Shown here one piece after another: positions 10,346 through 20,021 of a stretch of 64,000 nt of DNA. A program made the position numbers and the translations under genes. Numbering within the stretch: position 1 is the stretch's first letter; each line of letters opens with the position of its first letter. Below the pieces are notes generated by a model. The model worked only from the letters and a program-made list of their open reading frames with translations. It made no database searches and was not told the origin of the DNA. This stretch comes from an uncultured Alphaproteobacteria bacterium (GTDB lineage: Bacteria; Pseudomonadota; Alphaproteobacteria; HIMB59): NCBI GenBank assembly GCA_902527545.1, contig CABZPR010000002.1, positions 74,407 through 138,406 of the forward strand. Reading direction: 5' to 3'.

Positions 10346-10999
10346 TTATTCGGCTGCTTTTTCTTCTTCTTTCTTATCTTCGGTTTTTTCTGCTGTTTCT
10401 TCAGTTGTCTCTTCAGTTTCTTCTGGTTCAGGTTCTTTTTCAACCTTTGGAGCCTGAACTGTAGCTAGCATAAAATCTCTACCCTGAATTGTGGTCTTCA
10501 TCCCCTCGCTCAAAGTCACAGAACTTAATCTGATATCATCACCAATTTCCTTACCCTCAAGAGAAATAACAAATTTTTCTGGTATATTATTAGCAAGGCA
10601 AGACAACTCTATTTCTCTTCGAACAACGTTTAAGATACCACCTTGTTTTAATCCAGGAGATAACTCTTGGTTGGTAAATTCAACAGGGACAGATATTACT
10701 ATTCTTGTTTTTTCATCCACTCTCTGAAAATCTACATGTATAGGGTTGTGTTTAACTTTATGTCTTTGAATACTTTTGACAATAACTGCTTCTTTTTTAT
10801 CACCAAATTCGACTTCAAATATTTTTGAGTAGAAGCCGCCCTCATCAAATCTTTTTTTAAGTTGAATAGTGTCGACTGCGACCATTACAGGATCAGTGTT
10901 TCCACCATAAATAATAGAGGGTATCAAACCTTCTTTAAAATATGGGTTAGTATTTCCTTTTTTTCGCTCTTTAGCTGGGATATTTCCACTGATTTTCAT
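10346..10999 (-). CDS. rplY: 50S ribosomal protein L25/Ctc
   Basis: IPSIIYGG, HVDFQRV, PGLKQGG, acidic tail; prs-rplY-pth-ychF order. Confidence 0.93.
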   Translation of the reverse strand: MKISGNIPAKERKKGNTNPYFKEGLIPSIIYGGNTDPVMVAVDTIQLKKRFDEGGFYSKIFEVEFGDKKEAVIVKSIQRHKVKHNPIHVDFQRVDEKTRIVISVPVEFTNQELSPGLKQGGILNVVRREIELSCLANNIPEKFVISLEGKEIGDDIRLSSVTLSEGMKTTIQGRDFMLATVQAPKVEKEPEPEETEETTEETAEKTEDKKEEEKAAE

Positions 11000-11028
11000 A
11001 GGCTGAGTTTATACAACAAAATGCTAGA

Positions 11029-11955
11029 TTAATCAAACAGAGAAGATATAGAAGTTTCTTTATTAATACGCTTTATAGCCTCACCAAAAAGTGGAGCTAC
11101 AGATAAATACCTCATTAATGAGGGTACTTCAAAACTGGGTTTGATTGTATTGGTACAAACCATTTCCTCTAAAACTGAATTATTTATATTGTCTAAAGCC
11201 TTTCCAGAGTAAACACCATGAGAACAGTATCCATAAACCTCTGTCGCACCATTATCTTTAAGAGCTTTAGCCGCATTACAAATTGTTCCTCCTGAGTCAA
11301 CCAAATCGTCAACAATTATACATTTTTTTCCATCAACCGAGCCGATGACATTCATAGCATCAGACACACCTGGAGCATCTCTACGTTTATCAATTATAGC
11401 TAAATCAGCGTCGAGTTTTTTTGCAAATGCTCTAGCTCTTAAAACACCTCCTACGTCCGGAGAGACAAATACAAGATTTTCATCTCTTTTATTTGATTTA
11501 ATGTCGCTCATGAACATGTTAGTTGCATAAAGGTTGTCTAGGGGGATATCAAAAAAACCTTGAATTTGACCTGCGTGTAGATCCATTGTTAAAACCCTAT
11601 TTGCACCAGCTGTGGTAATAAGATTAGCAACTAATTTTGCTGATATTGGAGTTCTTGGTCCAGTTTTTCTATCCTGTCTAGCATAACCAAAATATGGCAA
11701 AACAGCAGTGATTCTTTTTGCAGATCCACGTTTTAGAGCATCAATTGCTACTAATAATTCCATTAAATTGTCATTAGCAGGGAAAGAAGTTGATTGAACT
11801 AAAAAAACATCTTCACCTCGAACATTTTCACCAATTTCAACAAATATCTCTTTATCAGAAAACCTTGTCATAGTTACTTCAGATAATTGAATTTTTAGAT
11901 ATTCTGAAATCTCTTTAGATAACTCAATGTTACTATTTCCAGAAATAATTTTCAT
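11029..11955 (-). CDS. prs: Ribose-phosphate pyrophosphokinase
   Basis: [32 protein letters not shown]. Confidence 0.98.
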   Translation of the reverse strand: MKIISGNSNIELSKEISEYLKIQLSEVTMTRFSDKEIFVEIGENVRGEDVFLVQSTSFPANDNLMELLVAIDALKRGSAKRITAVLPYFGYARQDRKTGPRTPISAKLVANLITTAGANRVLTMDLHAGQIQGFFDIPLDNLYATNMFMSDIKSNKRDENLVFVSPDVGGVLRARAFAKKLDADLAIIDKRRDAPGVSDAMNVIGSVDGKKCIIVDDLVDSGGTICNAAKALKDNGATEVYGYCSHGVYSGKALDNINNSVLEEMVCTNTIKPSFEVPSLMRYLSVAPLFGEAIKRINKETSISSLFD

Positions 11956-11997
11956 TAGTTAGCTTGGTTATATAGTAAAATGTATATCCATACAAAG

Positions 11998-12714
11998 TTA
12001 AATTATAGATACCAAGCTTAAATTTCTCCCATAATCTCTATATTTGAGATGAATACTTCTTCGATAACTGAAATATTTTATGTTTTTAAAAGTATCTATT
12101 TTTGAGTCTACAATTTCAGAAATACCTAAACCATTCAATTTACGTTTAGCAAGTTTAGGAAGGTCAAAATAATATTTATCATCCTTTTTAGTCCATAAAC
12201 CTTTAACTTTAAATTTCATACCATTTATGAATTCTCGAGATACCTCGTAAGAGTTCTTTCTTATACAAGGCCCTATAAAGGCCCTTATATTTGATTTTTT
12301 TGAGCCAATTTGAAGCATTTTATTTATGGTATTTTCGATAATCTCTCTTTTCAAGCCCCTCCATCCTGCATGGCAAATTCCTATGACTTTATTATGGTAA
12401 TCAATGAATATTATTGGCAAACAATCAGCTGTCGTAATACCGAGAATAAATTTATCATCTCGTGTTACAACACCATCACAATTGTAAACAGATTTATTTT
12501 TTCTAACTATAAGGCATTTGCTTGAATGTGATTGGTTAGGAATAATTAATACTTTTTTTTCTTTAGATATGAGATTTTTAGCAATTTCAATATTTTCTTT
12601 TATTTTATTTTTATTATCTCTTGAATTTAATCCACAATTAAGAGAATTATAAATTCCCTTTGATTTTCCATTTTTATTATTAAAAAACTTAAATTTTACT
12701 GATTGTTTCATCAT
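11998..12714 (-). CDS. pgeF: PgeF/YfiH family purine nucleoside phosphorylase
   Basis: SLNCG, QSHS, TADCLP, HAGWRG, FSYRR. Confidence 0.92.
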   Translation of the reverse strand: MMKQSVKFKFFNNKNGKSKGIYNSLNCGLNSRDNKNKIKENIEIAKNLISKEKKVLIIPNQSHSSKCLIVRKNKSVYNCDGVVTRDDKFILGITTADCLPIIFIDYHNKVIGICHAGWRGLKREIIENTINKMLQIGSKKSNIRAFIGPCIRKNSYEVSREFINGMKFKVKGLWTKKDDKYYFDLPKLAKRKLNGLGISEIVDSKIDTFKNIKYFSYRRSIHLKYRDYGRNLSLVSII

Positions 12715-13720
12715 TTTTAAAAGAGAGATTCAAAAATACTTGACCCATATCACTAAATTTTTCTCCACTAATTAACTCTATAATTTCTCTGATATTCTTG
12801 TTACTAGATTTTAGGTATTCGTCTGGGAGATTATTAAAAATTAAATCTTTTTGGTTTATGATTTGTGGATATTTACTAATAAAAAAATCCCTTAATAACT
12901 CGAAATTAACCCCAAAAGAATAATCTACGTTTTCAAATTTATCAAATAAGTCTAATTTTTTATGGCTCGATAATAATCTAAGTGTACTTTTTAATGGCAA
13001 TTTTGTGTAGCCATAATCAGTTGTAGTAAAAAAATAATTTTTGCAATTTAAGTTTTGAATATCACTTAGTATGTTCAAAATTAAATTTGAATGCTCAAGT
13101 ATATCATTATTTTTAAATTTGTATTTTGAATAGTGATCCATTAATTCTCCAGATATCGCCACACTATCTTGAATTAAAAAATATTTATTATTTTCTTTTG
13201 ATATTTTTATTTCATTAAAATTACCGTTATTAAATATAAATTGCTTAGACCCAATGGCGTCAAAAAATTCATTAGAGTAAATAAAAGCAGTATCTTCGTT
13301 TTCTATGTCATAGTCATAAATATTTTCTATAAAATTAACTTTTACATCTGATCTCTCAAAAATTTTTCCTTTAAAATAATCACTTCTTTCTAATAAAGTA
13401 ATGTTATTAATATTGATATTCTTAGATCTTAGATAATGATAAATATCTATTGTAAGCATCCCATTACCAGGTCCTAACTCTAATAAATTTACATTTTTTG
13501 CCTTTGGAAATTCTTTTAAAAACTGATTAGAAAGGGCTATGCTAAATAAAGAGGAAATCTCAGGAGATGTTATAAACTGACCATCTTTGCCAATTTTTTC
13601 AATGTTTGGTTTATTATAGAAACCTGAGTCTTTGTCAAAGTTAGAGATTTCTACAAAATCTTGAATGTTGATTGAACCAACTGATTTGATGATGGTATCT
13701 ATCTTTGTTTGTATTGACAT
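12689..13720 (-). CDS. SAM-dependent methyltransferase, MidA/NDUFAF7 family
   Basis: FITSPEIS, LLELGPGNG, SNEFFDA; located between lgt and pgeF. Confidence 0.88.
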   Translation of the reverse strand: MSIQTKIDTIIKSVGSINIQDFVEISNFDKDSGFYNKPNIEKIGKDGQFITSPEISSLFSIALSNQFLKEFPKAKNVNLLELGPGNGMLTIDIYHYLRSKNININNITLLERSDYFKGKIFERSDVKVNFIENIYDYDIENEDTAFIYSNEFFDAIGSKQFIFNNGNFNEIKISKENNKYFLIQDSVAISGELMDHYSKYKFKNNDILEHSNLILNILSDIQNLNCKNYFFTTTDYGYTKLPLKSTLRLLSSHKKLDLFDKFENVDYSFGVNFELLRDFFISKYPQIINQKDLIFNNLPDEYLKSSNKNIREIIELISGEKFSDMGQVFLNLSFKNDETISKI

Positions 13721-14475
13721 AAATATAGAAAATAAAAACCAATTATGACAATTGGAATTGATAATATTTGACCCTGAGATAATAAATTAAACTTTAAGCC
13801 TACTTGAATATCAGGCACTCTAAAATTTTCAATTATAATTCTAGATAATCCATAATTAATTAAAAAGAAAGATGTTATAAAACCATTTTTTAATTTAAAT
13901 TTATAATAGAATAATAATAGTAAAATAGCTGGTATTAATCCTTCAAATACGGCTTCATATATTTGGGATATATGTCTAAAAAAATTCTCATTTGGGTAAC
14001 GAACGCTTAAAAAAAATTCTGTTGGCTTTCCTATTAATTCTTTATTTAGAAAATTAGAAATTCTACCTAAAAAAATTCCAAATGGAGCAGTTATACTTAA
14101 AAGATCAGAAAGTTTAAAAATAGAAATATTTTTTTTAGTTGAATATATAATAGTTGTTAAGATAATACCAATTAAAGCTCCGTGAAATGACATACCCCCC
14201 TGCCAAACCTTAAATATTTCATAGGGGTTTTGAATATAAAAATTCAAATTATAAAAAATTGCATAACCTAATCTTCCACCAACTATGACAGAAATAAATA
14301 AATAAAAAAATAAGTCTTCAAGTTTTTTTTTATCCAAACTAAATTGCTTTAAATTATTATATGCAAAAAAATAAAAGTAAATAAATCCAAGAATATAAGA
14401 TATGCTGTACCACCTTATGGTTAAACCGAACAGCTCAAAAGCTACTGGAGATAAAAAACTAGGATATTCAAACAC
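13699..14475 (-). CDS. lgt: Prolipoprotein diacylglyceryl transferase
   Basis: IRWY, GGRLGY, WQGGMSFHG, GRISNFLN, RHISQIYE. Confidence 0.96.
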   Translation of the reverse strand: MFEYPSFLSPVAFELFGLTIRWYSISYILGFIYFYFFAYNNLKQFSLDKKKLEDLFFYLFISVIVGGRLGYAIFYNLNFYIQNPYEIFKVWQGGMSFHGALIGIILTTIIYSTKKNISIFKLSDLLSITAPFGIFLGRISNFLNKELIGKPTEFFLSVRYPNENFFRHISQIYEAVFEGLIPAILLLLFYYKFKLKNGFITSFFLINYGLSRIIIENFRVPDIQVGLKFNLLSQGQILSIPIVIIGFYFLYLCQYKQR

Positions 14476-14500
14476 TTTAAAAACTAATAATACAACTTAC

Positions 14501-14635
14501 GTGTCACACAAAGATAAACTTTATCTTAAGTTATCAAAAATACTTTATAATTCAGTTGAAGTTGCCCAAATTTTTAGTGATTTCAAATCAGATTTTACAA
14601 AATTAAAGAAATATTTAATCAACAGAAAAGATTAA
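14501..14635 (+). CDS. Small 44-aa protein, probable truncated UbiK-family accessory factor
   Basis: GTG start gives VSHKDKLYLKLSKILYNSVEVAQIFSDFKSDFTKLKKYLINRKD; occupies the lgt/ybjN slot where alphaproteobacteria usually carry a UbiK-family gene. Confidence 0.4.
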   Translation: MSHKDKLYLKLSKILYNSVEVAQIFSDFKSDFTKLKKYLINRKD

Positions 14636-14659
14636 ATTTAACCAATAATAAGAAATTTA

Positions 14660-14708
14660 GTACTATATATAGTATTTACTAAGATAGGTAATGTGATACA
14701 TATTGTGT
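14660..14708. promoter_or_regulatory. Palindrome TACTATATATAGTA plus a second similar site; NrdR-box-like pair
   Basis: Perfect 14-bp palindrome at 14661-14674; second core ATACATATTG-tgt at 14696-14708; cores start 33 bp apart. Confidence 0.4.
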
Positions 14709-15164
14709 ATGTCCCAAAAAAACATTGATTCTAGCCCCATTTCTATTCTCGAAGATATTTTTAATGTTAAACAGTTATCTAAAAATAACAAAAACAACGA
14801 TATTTCTCTTTTAACGGAGGTCCATGAACAAAAAGTAATAATGGATTTTCAATGGATTGATGATTTGAAAGTTCTCATATCATCATTTAGCATTGATAAT
14901 TATGAATATAGTTTTCTAACCAATCATATGAATAAAATTAACAATAATCTGGTTATAGGCACACTCAAACAAAATAATAATAATAAAATTATTTACAGAC
15001 ATAGTCTCCCAATTTCAGGAAAAGTAACTACAGAAGATATTAGAAGTTATTTAGAAAATATATTATCTGAATTTAATCACCTTGTTTCCGTGTTACTAAA
15101 AGGTGATAAAGTCGTCGAAACTACACAAATTTTAATTAATCAAAAAATTGTCGGCCACGCTTAA
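14709..15164 (+). CDS. YbjN domain-containing protein (divergent)
   Basis: About 150 aa; NKINNNLVIGTL...IIYRHSL; directly upstream of proC. ATG 14709 preferred over TTG 14703. Confidence 0.7.
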   Translation: MSQKNIDSSPISILEDIFNVKQLSKNNKNNDISLLTEVHEQKVIMDFQWIDDLKVLISSFSIDNYEYSFLTNHMNKINNNLVIGTLKQNNNNKIIYRHSLPISGKVTTEDIRSYLENILSEFNHLVSVLLKGDKVVETTQILINQKIVGHA

Positions 15165-15948
15165 GCCAAAAGTTCTTTTTATAGGTTTTGGACACCTAGC
15201 TAAATCCTTATTATCAAAAAAACTACTAAACTCTGTGAATATTCACGCATTAAATTCGAAAAGTGTAATTAAAAATATTAATTTAAAAAAAAAAATATTA
15301 AATTTTAATAATGATTATAATTATATATTTCTTCTTATACGACCAAATACATTCCTAACTTCTGGAAATCAATTCCAGAAATATCTTTCAAAAGAAACTT
15401 TGGTAATTTCTTGTATGGCTGGTATTAAATTATCAACGATTGAAAAAATCTTAAAATCAAAAAAAATTGTAAGAATTATGCCTAATGTAATGGCTCTAAA
15501 TAATAAATCTCAAACTCATATTTACATGAAAAATAAAAATTTATTTGATAATAAACTAAAAAAATTATTATCTAATTTTGGAACAATTATTAGTGTTAGA
15601 AACGAAGATCAAATTAATTTTGCTACATCAGTTTTTGGTAGTGGACCAGCATTTATTGCATACATAATAAATATTTTTGTAAAAGCTTCAAAAAAACTTG
15701 CTAAGCCATATAACATGAATGAAAAAGATTTAATAGAATTATTCAAAAATGTACTAGAAACTAATTATTCATCTAAAATGTTAGACGATTTTGTAAGTTC
15801 TATTTCTAGTAAGAAAGGAACTACACAAGCTGGTGTTAATTATATTAAATCACAAAATATAGAGAAAATAATATATACTACTCTTCTAAAGGCATATAAA
15901 AGAGCCAAGGAAATAGATAGTGAGAAAAAAAACACAAAATCTCAATAA
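15148..15948 (+). CDS. proC: Pyrroline-5-carboxylate reductase
   Basis: ISCMAGI, VRIMPN, GSGPAF, SKKGTT. Confidence 0.9.
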   Translation: MSATLKPKVLFIGFGHLAKSLLSKKLLNSVNIHALNSKSVIKNINLKKKILNFNNDYNYIFLLIRPNTFLTSGNQFQKYLSKETLVISCMAGIKLSTIEKILKSKKIVRIMPNVMALNNKSQTHIYMKNKNLFDNKLKKLLSNFGTIISVRNEDQINFATSVFGSGPAFIAYIINIFVKASKKLAKPYNMNEKDLIELFKNVLETNYSSKMLDDFVSSISSKKGTTQAGVNYIKSQNIEKIIYTTLLKAYKRAKEIDSEKKNTKSQ

Positions 15949-16417
15949 AACAAATTTAAAAAAACTTAATACAATGGCTCATTTAAAGAGTTTTCCATCT
16001 AAAATCAAATCAATAAGTTCAGAATACCAAGACCTCAACAATTTTATTAAAGATTTTGAAAATTTTATTTCAACTCAATTAAAAATTCCTTCTAAAAACC
16101 TTTCCTTACAAGACAAGATTTTTGAAGGTATAATTAATAGATTAGACTTTCTAAACGATTATAAAAATCTAACACTTAGAATTTATTTGGAGTCACAAAA
16201 AAAACCAAAATATTTTTTAAATTTATCTAAAAATATTAATAATTATTTTAATTTATTTTTAAATTCCCACATAGAAAAAATAATAAGTAATATAATTTAC
16301 CTTTATGCTTTTAATGTTTGGATTGAGGATAATAATAGTATGGACAAAACTATGGCCTCTATAGGAAATGCATTAGATAATCTTAATAAGGTAAAGTCAT
16401 TTATTAGAAAAAGATGA
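15920..16417 (+). CDS. TetR/COQ9-like helical protein without a clear HTH
   Basis: DKIFEGIINRLDFL and VWIEDNNSMDKTMASI resemble the alphaproteobacterial TetR-like gene found between proC and csaA. Confidence 0.6.
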   Translation: MRKKTQNLNKTNLKKLNTMAHLKSFPSKIKSISSEYQDLNNFIKDFENFISTQLKIPSKNLSLQDKIFEGIINRLDFLNDYKNLTLRIYLESQKKPKYFLNLSKNINNYFNLFLNSHIEKIISNIIYLYAFNVWIEDNNSMDKTMASIGNALDNLNKVKSFIRKR

Positions 16418-16746
16418 TTAATTATTCTGACTTTGAAAAAGTTGATATCAGAGTTGGAACAGTGATCGAAGCAAAACTAAACAAAAAATCTAATAATCCT
16501 AGCTTATACTTACTTATAGATTTTGGTGAAAAGATTGGTAAAAAAAAAACTTCGGCACAACTTACCAAATACTATCTTGCAGAGGAATTAATTGGTAAGC
16601 AAGTAGCTGCAGTTATAAACTTCCCCCCAAAGCAAATTGGTAAAATGATTTCTGAGGTATTGGTCCTAGGTTTCCCTGATGATGAAAATAATCCAGTATT
16701 AGTAATGCCTTCGATTAAAATTTCAAATGGAGGTAAACTTTTTTGA
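16414..16746 (+). CDS. csaA: tRNA-binding protein/chaperone CsaA
   Basis: DFEKVDIRVGT, SAQLT, NFPPKQIG, SEVLVLG. Confidence 0.93.
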   Translation: MINYSDFEKVDIRVGTVIEAKLNKKSNNPSLYLLIDFGEKIGKKKTSAQLTKYYLAEELIGKQVAAVINFPPKQIGKMISEVLVLGFPDDENNPVLVMPSIKISNGGKLF

Positions 16747-16748
16747 TG

Positions 16749-17990
16749 CTAAATTTGTAACAAAACAGTTACTTTTAAGCCACCATATGATGATTGTTGG
16801 AATTTTAACTCTCCACTATTCAATTTAATTAGTTTTTGAACAATAGAGAGTCCCAGCCCAGTGCCTTGATTCAATTGATCGGAGCCTTTAACAAAGGGCC
16901 TTATTAGTTGTTCTTGAGATAAATTTGTACCTGGACCATTATCTTCAATCTCAATTACCCACTTATTACTGAAAAAATTTGAATTAATGAATATTTTTTC
17001 TGCAAATTTATCAGCATTATCTAGTATATTTATAATTGCCCTTTTTATTTGATTTTTTCTGATAAATATTTGATTTGAATTATTGCTCAAAATTTGAAGT
17101 TTTGGATAATTTTTAGTTAAGTTGAATATAAAATCAGAAGTATTGATTTCATCTAAATTTTCATTTTTTTCATTTTTAATAAAGTCTAGATAATGATTAA
17201 GCATAATATTCATCTCTGAGATATTTTGAGAAATAGAGTTTTTCAATGTTTCGTTATTAATTTCTTCAATCATTAAATTTATTCTTGTAAGTGGTGTCTT
17301 TAAATCATGGCTAATTCCAGCCAACATATTTCTTTGATTATCGAGAGTGCTATTAATGTTATTGTGCATATTATTGAAGTCTTTTATCAAACCCCTAACT
17401 TCTGATGATCCAGTTGGTTTTAAATTTGGAGTTTCAATACCTCTACCAAAACTTCTTGTAATAATTCCAAGTCTTTTTAGTGGTTGGATTTGTTTTTTTA
17501 TAAATAAATATGAAATTAAAGACAAAATAATACTTACAGCAATTGTCCATAAAAAAAAACCACCTACAGTTTTAGTTTCAACTCTTTTTTTTGGAACTAA
17601 GTAAAAATATTCTAATTTTTTTTCATCGAAAAATATAAAATGGGTTTGATTTTGCAGAACTTCAAAATTTTTAGATATTTGATTAAGAGAATTTTTCATT
17701 CTTCTTTTGAATATCCAATTTGATACTTCCTCAGTTTCACTTAAATCTAAATTATCAGTTCTTATAATTTGTAATGTATTTGCGTAATTATTAATAGATG
17801 ATGAGTCTTTCTGCATTTCCAAGATTTTTATTTCATTAGAAATCGATTGAGCGCTTCTTTTTAATACTAAATCCCAGTGTAATTCAAAAAATATAACAAT
17901 TCCTATAATTTGCACCAATACTATAGGTATTGTTATTAGATAAACAGATCTTACTAAAAGGCTTTCTGAAAAATTACTCCATTTAAACAT
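16749..17990 (-). CDS. EnvZ-like sensor histidine kinase
   Basis: Two TM segments, HAMP, SHDLKTPLTR, EDNGPG, GTGLGL. Confidence 0.92.
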   Translation of the reverse strand: MFKWSNFSESLLVRSVYLITIPIVLVQIIGIVIFFELHWDLVLKRSAQSISNEIKILEMQKDSSSINNYANTLQIIRTDNLDLSETEEVSNWIFKRRMKNSLNQISKNFEVLQNQTHFIFFDEKKLEYFYLVPKKRVETKTVGGFFLWTIAVSIILSLISYLFIKKQIQPLKRLGIITRSFGRGIETPNLKPTGSSEVRGLIKDFNNMHNNINSTLDNQRNMLAGISHDLKTPLTRINLMIEEINNETLKNSISQNISEMNIMLNHYLDFIKNEKNENLDEINTSDFIFNLTKNYPKLQILSNNSNQIFIRKNQIKRAIINILDNADKFAEKIFINSNFFSNKWVIEIEDNGPGTNLSQEQLIRPFVKGSDQLNQGTGLGLSIVQKLIKLNSGELKFQQSSYGGLKVTVLLQI

Positions 17991-18658
17991 TAAATGAAAA
18001 TTTTGTATCCTTTGCCATGAACTGATCTAATTATATCTCTTAGGTTACATTCTTTTTTAAGTTTTAATCTTAATCTAGAAATTTGCATATCACCACTTCT
18101 TGACAAATAATCTAGTCCCAATTCTGTATTTAATAAATCTCTGGTTAGGTATTGATGAGAATTATTTATTAAAAGTTTTAAGATTTTTACCTCATTACTT
18201 GAAAGGTTAATATTTTGCTTTTGAAATAGTAATTGTTCTTTTTTCAAATCAAATTCAGTACCATTTCCAAAATTGACCATATCAAGTGATTGTTTTTTTG
18301 AGATGTTTTTTTCTATCTTTAACAATAATTCTCTTGAGTCAAAAGGTTTACCAATATAGTCGTCAGCCCCTAACTCTAATCCAGTCACTCTGTCATCAAC
18401 ATTACTTAATGCAGATAAAAAAATAACTGGTGTATTGACTCTATTTTTAATTGTATTTTCATAAAAGTCTAAACCAGTGCTATCAGGAAGCATCACATCT
18501 AAAATAATTAGATCAAATAAAAATAATTTTACTAATTTTTTTGCCTCTTCTATGTTTACAGCTTTAGATACCACATAATTATTATTAATTAATAATTTTT
18601 CTATGAGAGCCTGTAATGTCTCATCATCTTCAACTAAAAGTATATGTTTATCGTCCAT
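17990..18658 (-). CDS. OmpR-family response regulator (PetR-like)
   Basis: Receiver domain (LDVMLPD, GADDYIGKPF) plus winged helix (ISRLR, VHGKGY). Confidence 0.93.
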   Translation of the reverse strand: MDDKHILLVEDDETLQALIEKLLINNNYVVSKAVNIEEAKKLVKLFLFDLIILDVMLPDSTGLDFYENTIKNRVNTPVIFLSALSNVDDRVTGLELGADDYIGKPFDSRELLLKIEKNISKKQSLDMVNFGNGTEFDLKKEQLLFQKQNINLSSNEVKILKLLINNSHQYLTRDLLNTELGLDYLSRSGDMQISRLRLKLKKECNLRDIIRSVHGKGYKIFI

Positions 18659-19074
18659 TACATAGACTCAATTATGTTTATGAAACCAGACATATTTTTA
18701 GGATCAGTTTTTTTAAAGATTTTTATAATTTTTTCATTTATTCTATCAGTTGCTTTCTGTATGAGTTCCTCTCCATTTTGTGTAATTAATATATTTTTAT
18801 TATCCAGTTTTAATACATTCTTTACTTGTAAGTCCTTTAATATCAAATTTAAATTTTGTTTTTTTAAATAAACTTTATTAGCTATATCAATTTTTTTCTT
18901 AAATCCTTTTTTAATCTCTAAAATAACTATTAATTCATTAAATGTTAAATTATTTAATTCACAACAAATTTGAATTTCTCTTTGAAGTGATTTATATGAT
19001 CTATGTAAACCTAAAATTATTTCTAGAATATTTTCTTTTTTAAAATATAAAGTGTCGGCAAAACTTAAATTCAT
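18658..19074 (-). CDS. MarR-family regulator (PetP-like)
   Basis: 138 aa, wHTH-like (KKQNLNLILKDL...ITQNG); conserved position between ilvE and the ompR-like gene. Confidence 0.7.
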   Translation of the reverse strand: MNLSFADTLYFKKENILEIILGLHRSYKSLQREIQICCELNNLTFNELIVILEIKKGFKKKIDIANKVYLKKQNLNLILKDLQVKNVLKLDNKNILITQNGEELIQKATDRINEKIIKIFKKTDPKNMSGFINIIESM

Positions 19075-19133
19075 GACGTATAAATATAATTATATTGTGA
19101 ATTTAAATAAATAATATTACATTATTTTGAATT

Positions 19134-20021
19134 ATGGAAATTATCCCCTTTGATAAAAGAATTGGTTTTATTTGGTATAATGGTGAGTTTGTTGAATGGC
19201 AAAATGCTACCACTCACGTATTAAATCATGGACTTCATTATGCCAGTTGTGTTTTTGAAGGACTTAGAGTTTATGGAGAAAAAATATATGAACTAGAAAA
19301 ACATACTGATAGGCTATTCTTTTCTGCTCAAAGAATGGGGATAGAAGTGCCTTATTCCAAGGATGAGATAAATAATGCTCAAAATGAGACAATAAAAAAA
19401 ATGAACATAAAATATGGTTATGTTCGACCTGTGATTTGGAGAGGGAGTGAAATGATGGCTATCTCTGCACAGAAAAATAAAATAAACGTAGCCATTGCCA
19501 CTTGGGAATGGCCTAGTTATTTCACTAAAGAAGACCGATTAAAAGGCATATCTCTTCAAACAGCAGTGTGGAAAAGACCGCCCCCAGATTGCATACCGAC
19601 TGACACTAAAGCTGCTGGTCTATATATGATTTGTACTTTAAGTAAGCATGAGGCTGAAAAAAATGGTTTTACAGATGCTTTGATGCTTGATTATAAAGGT
19701 AGAGTAAGCGAGTCAACTGGATCAAATATTTTTTTGGTAATTAATGGAGAAATTCATACTCCCGTACCTGATTGTTTTTTAAATGGAATTACACGTCAAG
19801 CCGTCATTGAAATTGCTAAACATGAGGGTATGAAAGTTATTGAAAGAGATATATATCCAGATGAAATAAAAAATGCTGAAGAAATTTTCCTAACAGGCTC
19901 TGCAGTAGAAGTAACCCCAGTGGGAAAAATTGATAATCAAACTTTTAAAGTTGGAGATATTACAACTAAGATTTCAAGTCTGTATATGAAAGAAGTTGAC
20001 CCCAACTACAAAGATAATTAA
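19134..20021 (+). CDS. ilvE: Branched-chain amino acid aminotransferase
   Basis: HGLHYASCVFEG, KAAGLY, ESTGSN, LNGITR. Confidence 0.96.
   Translation: MEIIPFDKRIGFIWYNGEFVEWQNATTHVLNHGLHYASCVFEGLRVYGEKIYELEKHTDRLFFSAQRMGIEVPYSKDEINNAQNETIKKMNIKYGYVRPVIWRGSEMMAISAQKNKINVAIATWEWPSYFTKEDRLKGISLQTAVWKRPPPDCIPTDTKAAGLYMICTLSKHEAEKNGFTDALMLDYKGRVSESTGSNIFLVINGEIHTPVPDCFLNGITRQAVIEIAKHEGMKVIERDIYPDEIKNAEEIFLTGSAVEVTPVGKIDNQTFKVGDITTKISSLYMKEVDPNYKDN

Noticed and set aside
10346-10445. Short repeats (TCTTCAGTT-like) resembling a tandem repeat or array
   Set aside because: They encode the ordinary low-complexity Glu/Thr/Lys tail of L25/Ctc.
14402-14500. 5' part of the 77-aa ORF 14402-14635
   Set aside because: It overlaps the lgt start on the opposite strand; only the portion from GTG 14501 is plausible.
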